Assembly (NCBI GenBank): GCA_964234715.1
Contig: OZ174277.1
Direction: 5' to 3' (one strand)
Length of the DNA: 64,000 bases
DNA from: Podarcis melisellensis
Lineage: Eukaryota
How positions within the stretch are numbered: the stretch's first letter is position 1; each line of letters starts with the position of its first letter. The translations under genes and the position numbers were made by a program. This document shows positions 37,100-50,390 of this stretch, in pieces. The notes beneath the pieces were generated by a model. It worked only from the letters and a program-made list of their open reading frames with translations. It did not search any database and was not told the DNA's origin.

Positions 37100-38663
37100 A
37101 GAGTATATTTTTCATAATTATTTCTGTAAGAGTATAATGTGGAAGAACTAACAGAATCTTTTTTATACACTTAATTCTACAGCCTATATTGTTTGCTGTA
37201 CTTATTTTTTGCTGTTATCAATGAGATGGGGGTGGGGTGGGAATTCTAGTGCTTATTATTGTGTAGAAGCCCAGTACAGGAATATTAACATCAGAAGGAT
37301 GAAAAGAGAAATAACAATGTCATCCCCAAGCGAGAAACTTGAAAGTGAATAACTACTTGGAAGTCATTCCTATTGAATAAAAAATTGTACACCTAACCAT
37401 AGCAGAAAAGCAGAATTAACCACATTCTCTTTACCAAAAAGCTATGTAAGCCACATTCGTTTTTCTTTTTTATCTAAAAGTGAACTCAGCATCAATGCAA
37501 AACTGCAGAGGAGGAGGAAGAAACCCTGTGCTTCTCCTGCTGTTTTATGTACAGTTACATTTAGCAACAAATCACAGCACTGACAGGAACTAAAAGAGAG
37601 CAGTAATAATGGAGGTTGATTTTGGACACCCATTTATTTTATCTGGCATATCAGCAATACTACAGGAAACTCTGTTCCAGATGAGAATGCATGGCGCTCA
37701 AAGGCTTGCAATGTTATCAGATTTCCAATATCTCATGATGTGCTTGCTCTTGGTAGGATGTGAGTGTAGTAACCAACTCCAGATGCATCATCTAGGACAC
37801 TTGTACAATTATTTAATTTATAGTTTCCTGGACACATTATATAAGCTGAAATTTACAATTTGTTTATTAGCTTAAAAGAACACACCCCTGGGAGCTGACT
37901 CACAAGGTTAGTACCAATCCCTCCTTCATTTCCTTTCTCAAGTCTAATATTACTGTGAAGCTAAGAGAACAGGAGTTAATAATTAGAACTTATAACCATG
38001 GGGCCCAGTGAAAATCAGGATTTTATCTCCTTATCTGCTACAAAATGCCAGATTTGGGGGGGGGGGGACGGGACAAATCGATTTCTCCTATGTTCTAAGG
38101 CTTGGGGAATTGCTAAAGGTTTTCCTCCTTATTGACAGGCTGTACTGCATCTAGCAATTTCTTTCTCAGCTAAACACTGAGAAAATTACTCAGATAGTCA
38201 GTGGCATGACCCCTGAATACAGCAGCAATCCAGACACAGAGCCAGAAACTGCAGAGGCACCAGCTAAGCAGCATGATCAAGTTCAGGGCTCTGAGCTGTC
38301 TGCTGGAGATCAGGGTAACACGGCACACAAGTCTGTCCAAAGGAGTCCCCAGAAGAATGTCCTGGGCTACCAGGACCTGCAGTCTGTACTCACATGGGCA
38401 ACTTCCCCTAAGTCTGAGAAACTAGGTGCTTCTAACCACACATCACTTGGTGCAACAGTGCAGGGAGAATACCAGGGAAGAGCCTATGGAATGGAGTGGG
38501 AGGCAGAGGTTGACCCTTTAAGACTCTGAAGAGAGTGATGCCTGGGAAAGGTAGTCTGAATACATACTTTAAAAGTCTCCTAACTTCTGATGAAGCAAGT
38601 TGCTCACTTGGAGCTATGTGTCTTGAAACCTCTGACCACTGGGCCATCCTCCTCAGATAGGTA

Positions 38664-38889
38664 CAGTGGTACCTCGGGTTACATACGGTTCAAGTTACAG
38701 ACTCTCCTAACCCAGAAATAGTAGCTCGGGTTAAGAACTTTGCTTCAGGATGAGAACAGAAATTGCGCGGTGGGGGCGTGGCAGCAGCGGGAGGCCCCAT
38801 TAGCTAAAGTGGTGCTTCAGGTTAAGAACAATTTCTGGTTAAGAAGGGACCTCCAGAACGAATTAAGTATGTAACCAGATGTACCACTG
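38664..38889 (-). mobile_element. Tigger/pogo-type MITE, family A copy 2 (inverted relative to the other three)
   Basis: TA-CAGTGGTACCTCGGGTTAC...GTACCACTG-TA; the interior is the reverse complement of the other copies. Confidence 0.93.
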
Positions 38890-40439
38890 TAGTGGGGAGG
38901 CTATGTGGCAGAGGTGTCATGCTTTGTGGGTTGTGCCAAGGCCAGAGGAAGAGGCCTGGTGAGTTGAATAAAGGAAGCCACCTAGCAATTTGCTGTGAGA
39001 TATTCACACACACTCTTCCAATGGTTGGGATCCAATGCAAACATCTCCTTTTCTCATTAAATAGGGTTTAGCTTTACCAAGAAAGTGAAATATTATTGAG
39101 GGCATTCTAAAATGAAATTGTGTGGGTTGTGTGTCACTGTGCGAGAGAGTGCTGAAAAAGATCAGTAGCTTTAATGTAGTACAACCTGAGAACATTCTGA
39201 ACAATTTTGTTCCTTAGAGCTTTGAAAACAGATGTTCGCAAGGTCCAGCTGACATCTTTCATTTTAGCCAGCAAAATGTGGGATGATTCCAGGAAACTGA
39301 TTGTTCATGTAAGCAATGTGTGTCTCTATTAAGGAATTCCAATACCTCATATCATTACTATGTTTTTATTTCTAAGGAGACTCCCCCCCTTTATTATATT
39401 AGAACACCATTAAAAAGCAGTCATATTGGATCAGTCTGATGCATGATCCAGATTTAAACAGTGGTCTTCAAATGGAACTACAATAACATAATTATAGAAT
39501 GTACTGACCTTGTTGCTCTAATTTCTCATGTGTCTCAAGCTGTCACCAGTTAATGTAATTCCAAGATGCAGAGATATCTTTCATATACATTTACATTCAA
39601 TAAGCATAATGGCTGCTAGCACTTAAGTGACCCATTGCTCAATAACTTGTTCAATCATTTAGTCACTCAGCTATTTCTATTATACCACAAGTTATAGGAC
39701 AAGCTAACCTCAACACAATGCAAAAAGTAAATTTCACACTATATGAAATTAATTTGTTCTGCAACTTGTGCTATAATGTGAAATTTCCAGAGATTATTGG
39801 TGGGGGACAGCTACAAGGGGGAGTGGGTATTCCCTTAAAGCATCCCTCATTGTTTTACAGACAGACGTCTTCTGTTACTTAGGTGGCACCCATTGGGTCT
39901 CCCACTACATGTTTTTAATTTTACATTGTAAATTACTAGGTATGTATCCTGCATCTTTGCACGAAGTGAAAGGGTATATAATTGATCTAGGGAATAACTG
40001 CATCAGAATGGGCTGATTCTTTACATTCTACTTATGGGCTTTTCAGATAAATCTGGTTGGCTACTGAGGGAGACAAGATGCTGGATTAAACGGTCCTTGG
40101 GTTTCAACCAGTTATGTTCTTAAGTTAATATTGGGTGATACCATTCATGAACTCAGGGCATGTCAACCTGGAAAAGTAACCCATCTAGGAAGAGAAAAAT
40201 TCTTGTTGTCTGGACAGCCTAGGACCTCCATACACACTGCCCAGGCTTGCACCATGGGAAAGACATTTCAGTTTGACTTCAACCCTGGACGGGCACTTCA
40301 TTGTCTATTGAGAGAGACAGATGCCAAAAACAAATGTTAATATAATGGCATGATGTCATTGTCAAAATATGTAGACAAGACCATTCTTGACCATTGGACC
40401 CACTATTGGTCTCATCCACTCAATGTGCCGAAGCCTATC

Positions 40440-40637
40440 TTTGCATGCAGAGGAAGTCCTTAACACACTGAAGATTTAGCCGGCCAATCAAAACTATTCC
40501 GGGGTGTGGCTGCTGTTGCATGCTGGCAGCTTCCAGGAGCCACAGGTGAGAGCTGAGTGCCAGGTGGGACCAAAGATGGCCAAACTACCCCAAAAGGAGA
40601 ATGATAGTACCCACCAGAGGTACTATTGCTCCCTTAA
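40440..40637 (-). mobile_element. Probable 5'-end fragment of an RTE-clade retroelement
   Basis: CAGCTCTCACCTGTGGCTCC..AAGCTG.CAGCATGC.ACAGCAGCCACACCCCGG...GGCTAAA resembles the 5' UTR of vertebrate RTE1-type elements as I recall them; not verified by search. Confidence 0.5.
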
Positions 40638-40852
40638 CATTTTAATTTGCCCCTAGAGCTCAGTATAATCAGAAAGGTTTCCATACGTGCAAGGATCTAC
40701 TCCGTGACCAAATAATCCGACAGCCTTCTCTGGCGTATATTAAAGAGATCAGGTTTCTTAAATAAAACCATATTCCTCAATAATTTATGTTCCCCTCTAC
40801 ACAACACATTGGGTATGGTCACCAGAGACAACATTTCACAGTGACATCATAA

Positions 40853-41216
40853 GTAAAGGTAAAGGTAAAGGTACCCCTGCCCGTACGGGCCAGTCTTGAC
40901 AGACTCTGGGGTTGTGCGCCCATCTCACTTAAGAGGCCAGGGGCCAGCGCTGTCCGGAGACACTTCCGGGTCACGTGGCCAGCGTGACATCGCTGCTCTG
41001 GCGAGCCAGAGCCGCACACGGAAACGCCGTTTACCTTCCCGCTGGTAAGCGGTCCCTATTTATCTACTTGCACCCGGAGGTGCTTTCGAACTGCTAAGTT
41101 GGCAGGCACTGGGACCGAGCAGCGGGAGCGCACCCCGCCGCAGGGATTCGAACCGCCGACCTTTCGATCGGCAAGTCCTAGGCGCTGAGGCTTTAACCCA
41201 CAGCGCCACCTGCGTC
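40853..41216 (-). mobile_element. Full-length Sauria SINE
   Basis: Minus strand begins GACGCAGGTGGCGCTGTGGGTTAAA (box A), has GGTTCGAATCC (box B) and ends in (ACCTTT)n. Flanked by an imperfect repeat TCATAAGTA/TCATAGGTA. CpGs are largely retained. Confidence 0.95.
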
Positions 41217-44079
41217 ATAGGTACAATGCTAAAAATACCTTCCTGCTTTTAGGTTTAATATGCTGGATGATACTAATAAGTTGAGGTACTTTTCTTCACT
41301 GTCCTGTACAAATCTTTGTACAATGTAACTATGAATAATGATGTATACTATGGCATTACAGCAGGATATTATTTTTCCAACTTCAGTATCACCACTGGCA
41401 ATGATCTGTTTTACAAGAAAAGATGCAATGACAGTGATTTTATCAGCCTGGTTATGCTCTCATGATTTTAAAAATACATCATTGTATTAAAGGTTTTTGC
41501 TGTTCTTTCAAGAGGCACTGTTGATAGAAGAAAACAATTCTAGTACCACTACCAGGAATATATAATGACTGACAAAATGCAGGGGAATTATGCTGGTTTC
41601 AAACTGTTAGAATACAATTAAGTCATTACAGTCAAGTCACAGGGCATTTCTGGAAGATTAATAGCCAACCATGGAAGGTTGGTGGCTCTTGGCAATATCT
41701 TCAGTCATTACCCAGGAAAAGTCATCATTAATACATGAAAATTACCCTGCCTACGGGCAGTCATTGCTATTATAAAATGAAAGTGTAGAGAAGGGAAAAA
41801 AATATTTTAAAAGTCTTTTTTTTAAGTTTGCAAATCCCTCAAATTTGATTGTGACAAGTTTTCTGAAAATTAATGTCTCCTGTATTATCCAGTGCAATTG
41901 CTTTTCAACTTCCAGTTACATTTATAATTACTTATGACAAAATTAAAGTGGCAAGAAGAATACCTAATGCAGCTTGTTTTTTAATCTGTATTTATGTCTC
42001 CAGAAAATATCTAAATCTTTGATCTTCATTCTACTGAAAACACTCTAGGGGTACATATTATTTATTCTTCATTGCCCTTTTCTCAAAGACAGCCAATAAA
42101 TAGCATTGCAAATCCACATAATTATACTCTCAGAAATGAATATAAATATAAATATACATACATGTTTGACTGAATCTACATGGAACAGCAGATTGGAATG
42201 TATTTTGGAAAGGTACAGAGGGAGGAGAGGACAGGAGTTCCTTCTGCAATCAGAAATGCTTGCACTGATGGGACATGGATGTTTAATACAGCCCAAGGTA
42301 CCTTTGGAGTAAAGGTAGCCATGTCATTAAGCCAACCCAAATGTCTTAAAGTAAGTGTGCAAGTTTCTGAGTTCTGAGAATTCTTCATCAGGAGATTAGT
42401 CAGGTTCTGACCATTTATACTTTTAGGCATTTAACTAAAACACAACTGTTTCAGAAGACTGCTTTGGCTGAGATGGATTATAGTTTATATTTTATAGGAT
42501 GTGTTTTTCACATCCTATATGATGTGTTACTGATTTTTATGAGGTGAGCTGCTTTGCGAGAGGCCATAGCTCAGCAATGGGGCACCTGCTTTGAAACTTC
42601 CAGCTTCAGCAACATTGTTCTAGCTCAGAGGCCAGCTTTGGAGAAAGATGATATCCCTTCAGCTAATAGCCACCAGCCACATTCCAAGTGGCACAGAGGT
42701 TCTGCAGTGATGGCTGCCCATTCCCAGAGATGGCTTCAGGGTTGAAGGGGGTAAGCCTGCTTCTGAAGCCAACAATGTTTTCTGTCGAAAGTTATGAACT
42801 CTCCAAAATTTGACAGTTCAGGAATGGTAGCATGCTTTTCAGGAAATGTTAGAATCTACTCTGGATTACCAATTTCTGGTACCATTATTATCTAAAATTT
42901 TGCTTTTAATGCAGAAGCATATTGCTACATTTTCTATTCAACAACTGTCATGCTTAATGTATTAACAGAAGTAAAATCACTGACTAAAATCCTGTGTTGA
43001 GTAATCACCATTCCACAATGAGATGAGTGTTCAACTCTCGCATTTAAGATGATCTTATCACAGTCAAAATACCAGGCATTTGTTGTTCATTTCCATCCAC
43101 GATTTCTTACTTAGCACTAGCAACCCTAGTTCTTACTGAGTTCTTCAGCTCCAATTGGGAAGACAATAAATTATCCCAACAATTGGACCATGAGCCAGCA
43201 TTGTTTTTTGAAAAAGGGTTGCCCTCTTTTCTGCCCGTTAGCCTTGTCTTGTCCTACCAAGATGACAGTATTCTACTGTTGTTTTAGTTTTCCACAGCTT
43301 TTTGTTAAATGTTCTAACTTCACATTTCATTCCAGCATTATAGGCATTTTTATCTTCTGTTAAGTGTTTTCCATAGTGCATGCATGGATGGATGGATATA
43401 AAATGTCCTTTGTGGCAAGATGCATTTTTATTTGCTATTTAATGCATGGCCAGCTAGACCATAGTATGTAACTCATGTACAAAATGATTTTGTTAGCCTT
43501 CAGTAGAACAAATACACATTGGAGGCTCTCTCTAGCTACCAAGATATGTAGGTGGTAGAAAATATCCACATGTTTAACTGACACACTGTTCACTTGTCTG
43601 TATTACAACTGGGAAGAAGAAACACAGCTGCTGTAAGCATAATCAATGCATAGAGTGTGCATGGCAAAGTCACCCACCCACTCCAGCAAATATTTTACCC
43701 ACTTACTGTATGGCCAGTGCAGAAGTGATTAGGAGAGGGAAGCACATCCTTTGGTAACATGTCTAACCCACAGAACATTGGCACTATTTTAGAAAGCCTG
43801 ATTCTTTTGTTTCTGACAGTATTATAAAAGAACCACATTCTATTACATGTGCATACCAACTATACATTCAATTCCAATGACTCATTTTTCTTCCATAGGT
43901 GATGTTAATACACCAGTCACAGTCAGCAAGAGCAATGAATCAGTTCTATGCAATCAGTTCCTGGCTACATTTCTGCCAAAGCAGAACGTGGAATTTCAGG
44001 TGGTTAAAAAGACCACTGGTCTAGATAGACAAGTTCTATACATTCCCTAAAGAAACAATTACAATGCTTGAGGATTCGC

Positions 44080-44345
44080 CTGTACCCAGTGTTATATATG
44101 GAGGCACAGGTAGTTCTTGGAATGCCTTTTATCCATATAAGGTGGTTTGCCAGTTGCAACCCTTTCTGGAGAAAGTATACCTGGCTGCTTATATCCAGAC
44201 TAGACTACTGTAATGCTTTCTTTGCACCAGTTTGTGCAACAAATGTACACATTTGTTGCTGAGCTCAATTGAAAGTACTAGCACTAACCTTTAAAGTCCT
44301 AAACTACTGTAGGGTCACCTACATCCTTATGAACCTGCCTTGAGT
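44080..44345 (+). mobile_element. Degenerate L2 ORF2 fragment
   Basis: Translation LISRLDYCNA and KVLALTFKVLN. Confidence 0.65.
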
Positions 44346-46979
44346 GTTTTATTGTCTATTAAAGGAATTGTCTTCAAAACTCTGAAAGGGATACATGATA
44401 TCACACGTGAGTTGCATGAACATCCAATTCTATCACATCTGGCACATATCCTGAAGGCTTGGGAGTTGTCTTATCACATGAAGTATGAGTAGTGTTAGCC
44501 ATTCCTACTCATTTCTAAATGTTTTCTAGAAATATTTATTCAGGTAGGTCTTTCAAATCTGTTATTCCTTGCCAATTGCCTCTTACTGATGTGTTTGATG
44601 TTTTTGTTGTAATAACGTGACTTTAGTGTGTATATCACCATGTGATGTTTTAAATGAAAGTTTGGTTTATAAATATCTAATTAAATAAAATAAATAGCTC
44701 TTTGCAGCTGCTATCCAAGAGCATTTCCTTGCTGCTTGAATAGCAAAAACCCAGTGACATGCAAGCATTTATGGCTGTTTGAAAGAACTGGCTATGATTT
44801 AAAAGTTTGAAAACAATGCATAAACATTTGACAATCAACTTCCAACAGAATTGGATGCTGGAATAGTACTTAGGCTGGAATGAGAAAGTAAGTTTATTAT
44901 TCATGGTAAGATTTCACAATAGTCCACTAGTATATCCTTGCTGCAGCTGCTGTAATGACATTAGGCTCTGACTCAAAGGGATAAGCTGTTGCAAGACTCT
45001 GGCAAGCCCTTGTGAAACTTGTATGTGTGATGTTGATGAAGCATCCACCAAGCAAGAGGTGTTTTTTTTTGTTAATATAACAGGTAGTCCAACCCTGTTG
45101 TTAATTACGAAAAACCATATCCATGTATTTCAGGACTGCCCTACTGAGTTTTCTATGGAAGTCATGGAAGCTTGGAAGTTCCCAGTCATAACAATGTCAA
45201 CCATACCTTAGCTGGCAAAATGGAAATCATCTAACATAGCGGAGTCAGGTGATTATCAAGTGGGCCCCATCTATCTCTCAAAATATTCCACTGAGAGTGG
45301 AGGAACCCAGGAACTGACTTGCTGGCCAGATTCCATTCCCAAGAATTTTCTAGGCCCAAACAATTCTTCCTGAGGCCACCCTAATGTGGTCATTTCCAGT
45401 TGGGAAACAAATATTTTTAAATAACCTGGGGAAGGATTTGCAGGATAGAAACAAAGCGGGGAAGGGTTAAAAGTGTTTTTCTCATACAGTCAGATGAGTT
45501 TGCATCTGAAATATGCACTAAAAGGATCAGAATTAAAATAAATCCAAGTTTTTTATAACTCTCCCGTGTCTTTGTTAACTTTCCATTTGAATCATGATTT
45601 GTCAAGACTGCTACATATATTTCTTTCCAATTCTATTTGCAGTTATTTAAGGTGCCACACGTTATGTCAGATGGAATCAGATCCTTTTTTTAGGTTGATG
45701 AAGCAGTTCAAAGCATGAAAGAAGATCACCTGCTTTAAAGATCACTTGCTTTAAACTAGTACATTCTTTCTTGGTGATATTTTGTCTAAAAAAAATATGA
45801 CAGCTATATTACAGTGGACAGTAAGTGACACTGGCATGTACTGTTGTTGATTGCAATGTTATGAAATACAATCACCATTAAATTTATGTTGTGCTGTACA
45901 GAAGCACATCATGTAGACATCTGTATGCATTCTACCATTTGTAGAAGTAATTGTTTTTGAAATGTATTTTTTCCATGAATTTAAGCATTCTGCTTTGATC
46001 CATGCTACAAAGAAATGTTTATTATCTTAAATTTCAATATGCTGGTGTGAACAAATTTTGAAGTGACATTGCAACTAAAACATCATATTGCCCCAAACAC
46101 AAATTGTCACTTTGATATACAATGCTTCTATGTAATGAAACCTAAAATAAGAAGCAGGGGCAACTGGCTAAATACCATGAAGCATACAAAATAAAAATAG
46201 AATTTCTCACCAAGATTCCTATGTGTGTATCTTTAAACAGCAAAACAATACAGGAACCCATGTACAATCAAATTATAATCAGCTCATAATCAGTAAAGGA
46301 TGTTTCAGAAACTGCATTCAATGTTACTTTTTCAACCAGAATGTCATTGACGGCCATGCAACTTCAATAGCTGTGTTTCTACCTGCTAGTTTCTGCAACA
46401 TCAATTACTCACTGAGATTCTTTTTGCCAAAGTATTGATCTGGCATTAACAATGCCATATCAACCCAGTGAGCCCAAATAAGTGTATGTATTGTAAGTCA
46501 CTTTGCATTTGCTTTTCTTAAAAAGCAACTACTAAATGTAATTAATAATGATAATAATAATAATAATGCAAGAGATAGTATGCATATATAGCAGTCGTAA
46601 GGGAACAGTTGCATTTCAAAGAAAACTTCTGACAACCCTCTGCAGGGTGTGAATGTGGTGCTGAATTTCCATTTATGATAGAAATCTTATCCCATTTCCT
46701 AAAGTCATAATGTTCAATTTTTCTCATCCTAAACAGTGGCAGCTACTGATACAGAGTTTGGCCTAGGGAAACAAGTAAGCTTTTATATACATTATGGGGA
46801 GAAGGGGTGGAGTTCAACACAGGATGTCATTTCAGTCACAGACCCATGGTTATTGTAGCACTAACCCCATTGTATGCATGGGTCTTACTGTGAACCCTTC
46901 TGGTTCATGGCATTAGCCTTTTGCACATTATGCACACAACAGATTTGAGAAGTCAAATACTACACTGAAGATATCAGAA

Positions 46980-47114
46980 CAGGTGTAAGGAACCTGTTGC
47001 CCTAATGATGATGTACTCCAATTCCCATCAGTCCCAGTCAGCATGGCCAAAGATCAGGAATGATGACAACTGTAGTCCAGCAGCATCTGGAGGGCCCCAA
47101 GTTTCCTATCCATG
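46980..47114. mobile_element. hAT/Charlie-like short MITE
   Basis: Ends CAGGTGTAAGGAACC and GTTTCCTATCCATG, with an 8-bp TSD TATCAGAA/TATTAGAA. Confidence 0.8.
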
Positions 47115-47815
47115 TATTAGAATATGGAAGTAACCCAAATCATAGTGCCCCTTATGAAAAATGTTCTATTCTTCTTCAGTAGTTAAACTGTTCCAATACT
47201 ATACTGTGTATCTTGCAAGTACCGGTATTTCTTAACCCTATTAAAAATGTGCCACCCACCTCCTTAAAGAATAAAAACAGCGTCTTTTACAACCACATTA
47301 CTTTGGTGGCTCATAATCATATAATCAACATCCTGATATTTCAGGCAATAGGGAGACTCAGGAATGAAAAGGTTACTGAACTGTTTGCTCAACTATAAAT
47401 CATAGATCACTGTATCCAGAAACAAAAATCATAGTACAAGAGCAAGGGTTATATAATTCAGCAGTGTTGGTAAGGCTTCTCTCAGCTGATTGGGGGAGGC
47501 AAGCAGTTTTCACTGAGTCCATCTTCCTCTGCTACCCTCTGAAGCTTCACTAAAACAGTTCTGCAGCATGCCCCAACCCCCTGGGTCAGATTTAGGGTCT
47601 GTGGGGGAGTACAAGGAAGAGGGGGAATCACCAAAAATTGCTTCTCTTCTCATCCCATTGATGGAAGCCTTACTGTCAGCTGAGCAACACCATTGCATAC
47701 AACCTTATGAGTGGAATTCAACTAAGCTTTTATACAGAGTAGGCACAATGAAGTGCATGGATGTAACTTAAGTTAGGTACATTAATTGCAAAAGGTCTAA
47801 CCTAAGAAAAACTTG

Positions 47816-48162
47816 GACTGAGCGGAGATATGATAGCTATCTTCAAATATCTCAAGGACTGTCACATGAAAGAGGAAACATGCTTGTTTTCTCTTACTCT
47901 GGAGGGTAGGACTTGAACCAATGGCTTCATTACAATAAAGGAGATTCCGACTAAAAATCAGGAAGAACTTTATGACAGTAAGAGCTGCTCAACAGTGGAA
48001 CAGTTTCCCTCAGGACTCGGGAGGTTGTGGACTCTCCTTCATTGGACGTTTTTAAACAAAGGCTGGATGGCTATCTGTCATGGATGCTTTAGCTGAGATT
48101 CCTGCATGGCAGGGGGTTGGACTAGATGGCCCTTCCAGCTCTACAATTCTATGATTCTATGA
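47816..48162 (+). mobile_element. CR1 LINE 3' end
   Basis: Translation LSGDMIAIFKYLKDCH, then GGGGGTTGGACTAGATG and terminal (ATTCTATG)2 octamers. Confidence 0.93.
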
Positions 48163-49899
48163 ATACGACCCTAAAACCCCAATTGCCTACATTATTTATT
48201 TATTGAATTTACATACCATGCTTCATCCGAGGATCACAGCTGTAATGCACCCTGGGGCCATAGGGTAAACAGCAGGTAATAATAGTAATAGTAATAAGCA
48301 TTAAGGCCAAATATTCCAAAAAATTTTTAAAAAACCTGAATTTGATGGGATTTAATATTCAGGCTATTTGCATAGACTATGTTGATTCCCTAGTCTTTTT
48401 GCAGATGGCCCAGATTTGAATACCAAGTTGTTGAAAAAATATAAATGTAAATGACTAACAGTTCTGCCAGTAAAATACTTATACAGATTTAGATATCACA
48501 TATCAAGTTTGTGGCTCAAGTACTGACCACTAAATCATTGTCTAACCCAACTGAATATATGAATTTAAAAATTCAATTACCAAATCTTCAACAAACAGAA
48601 TATGAAACTAAAATTCATCTAAAGTCTGGGAAGGATGTATTTAACATAGTGTGAAATTTAAAGCTTGTTTAAGCTTTGTGGGTGTTTTTTAATCAATTCC
48701 TAGAATTGCATCAGGTATTTTCTCCACTCAAATTTCATTCTAATACTCCAGAGGAGGCAGTGTGTAGTCTGGTTTTTTAAGGGCTACTATATATCTTTTG
48801 GGCATGTTTTCCTGAACTAAAACCATTCAAACTTGTAAGATCCAGTGCTCTAAAATACTGTTTTCTTCATGCAGACCTGATACTTTTGAAAAGACCTCTA
48901 GGAGGGGAAAAAAGGATAGTTCAGTTAACAGAAAAATAAGTAACATATGATGCAACAAGCTAAATATTAAATTAACTCCAGGTTTCTGACCACAAAGTCT
49001 CCAAACAACTTTAAAAAGTCAAATTACAGAGTAGCATATTGTCTGAGGTGCAAGATGTGCTGGAATTCTACATTTTAACTGCCATCTGGAAATCCTGTAA
49101 ACGTCTTAACTATCTCATGACCCCAAATGCCCTGAACATGGTTGACAGGCATATATATCAAAATATCCGAAAGTGCCATTTGGTACTATCACAGTATTTA
49201 TTACACAGTATTGTTTATTAAATGTAATGCCTCCCCACTGAAGAAAGGACAGAATAACTGTTCCCCATATTGTGCCAAATTCCAAATGTGTGCTTAGTTT
49301 GGCTTGGAACAAAATGGCAGCTTTGAACAAATGAAATAGTCGCAGATGCATCGTAGGGGTGTGGAACTTGTATATTGCTCAATACCAAGCCTGTTAAATA
49401 CAGTCCTTTTCATAATGCTCCCACAACTTCATCCTACCAAGTAGGCAGGAGGTAATTATGGGGTCACTCAAAGAGCGACAGGATATAAGGACAGACAGGG
49501 AACAGCAGCAAACTGTTACTCAGATTAAAAAAAGGTTTCCTAGAGTGTATTTCATACAATGCCTTCTATTCTATAAGGTGTTCAGATATATCCCTCAGGA
49601 AGGGCTGACCTTGCAATCCTCTCCTTTGATTAAAGTTTATCTGGATCACTCAAAATATACAATGCTTCAAGGATGACAGAGATATAATCGTGAGTAACAA
49701 GGAAGGCTGGTAATATTGGTGGAAATGTTATGGTGCCTTATCACATCCTTGTTTCTGTATCACAATCATCTATAGCTGGTGTGATGACTAGAGTGTTGAC
49801 CTAGGACTGGGGAGATCCAAGATAAAGTCTCCACAAATCTCAGCAAGGGATCTTGAGCCAAACCTCTCAGTGCTAACCCACCTCTCAGAGTTAATCAGT

Positions 49900-50390
49900 C
49901 AATTATTCATGTATTTATTGTTCTTTTACCTTACTGCTCCTCCTAAAAGAACACAGAGAGGCAACCACAATCTTAAAACACAGTACGAATATACAACAAT
50001 GATTAAAATTACCAACAGAACAATATCAGCCTTTAAAACACAATTCAGCAAACAACATTTGACCTCTGTTAAAGTGAATCACTAACTACCAACTGCTGAT
50101 GATGTGTGGGACAACTGGATATCAGGTGGGAAGGAGCTCATAGCCAGAGGGCTGTCACTGACAAAGTCCTGCCTTGTGCCATTAACACACAGGTTTCCCT
50201 CACCTGTGGGACCACAAGCAGATCTTAAAGCACCAGATCAGATGGTATTGGAAGAGGCACTCCTTCAGGTTCTATAGAGCCATGTGCACAAATATCAACA
50301 CCATGAATCACGCAGTTACTTCTAAGAAGAACAGTTCTAAGAAGGGGCATAATATCCCTTATTGCTGCCCCATATAACAATCTTGCAGTG
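49900..50390 (-). mobile_element. L2 3' fragment, adjacent to an old SINE remnant at ~49775-49892
   Basis: GGGAAGGAGCTCATAGCCAGAGGGGCTGTCACTGACAAAGTCC and GGAAGAGGCACTCCTTCAGGT motifs like the other reverse L2 ends. Confidence 0.6.

Noticed and set aside
38206-38529. 107-aa ATG-initiated plus-strand ORF
   Set aside because: No recognisable domain, and it lies in a probable repeat-derived block antisense to the host intron.
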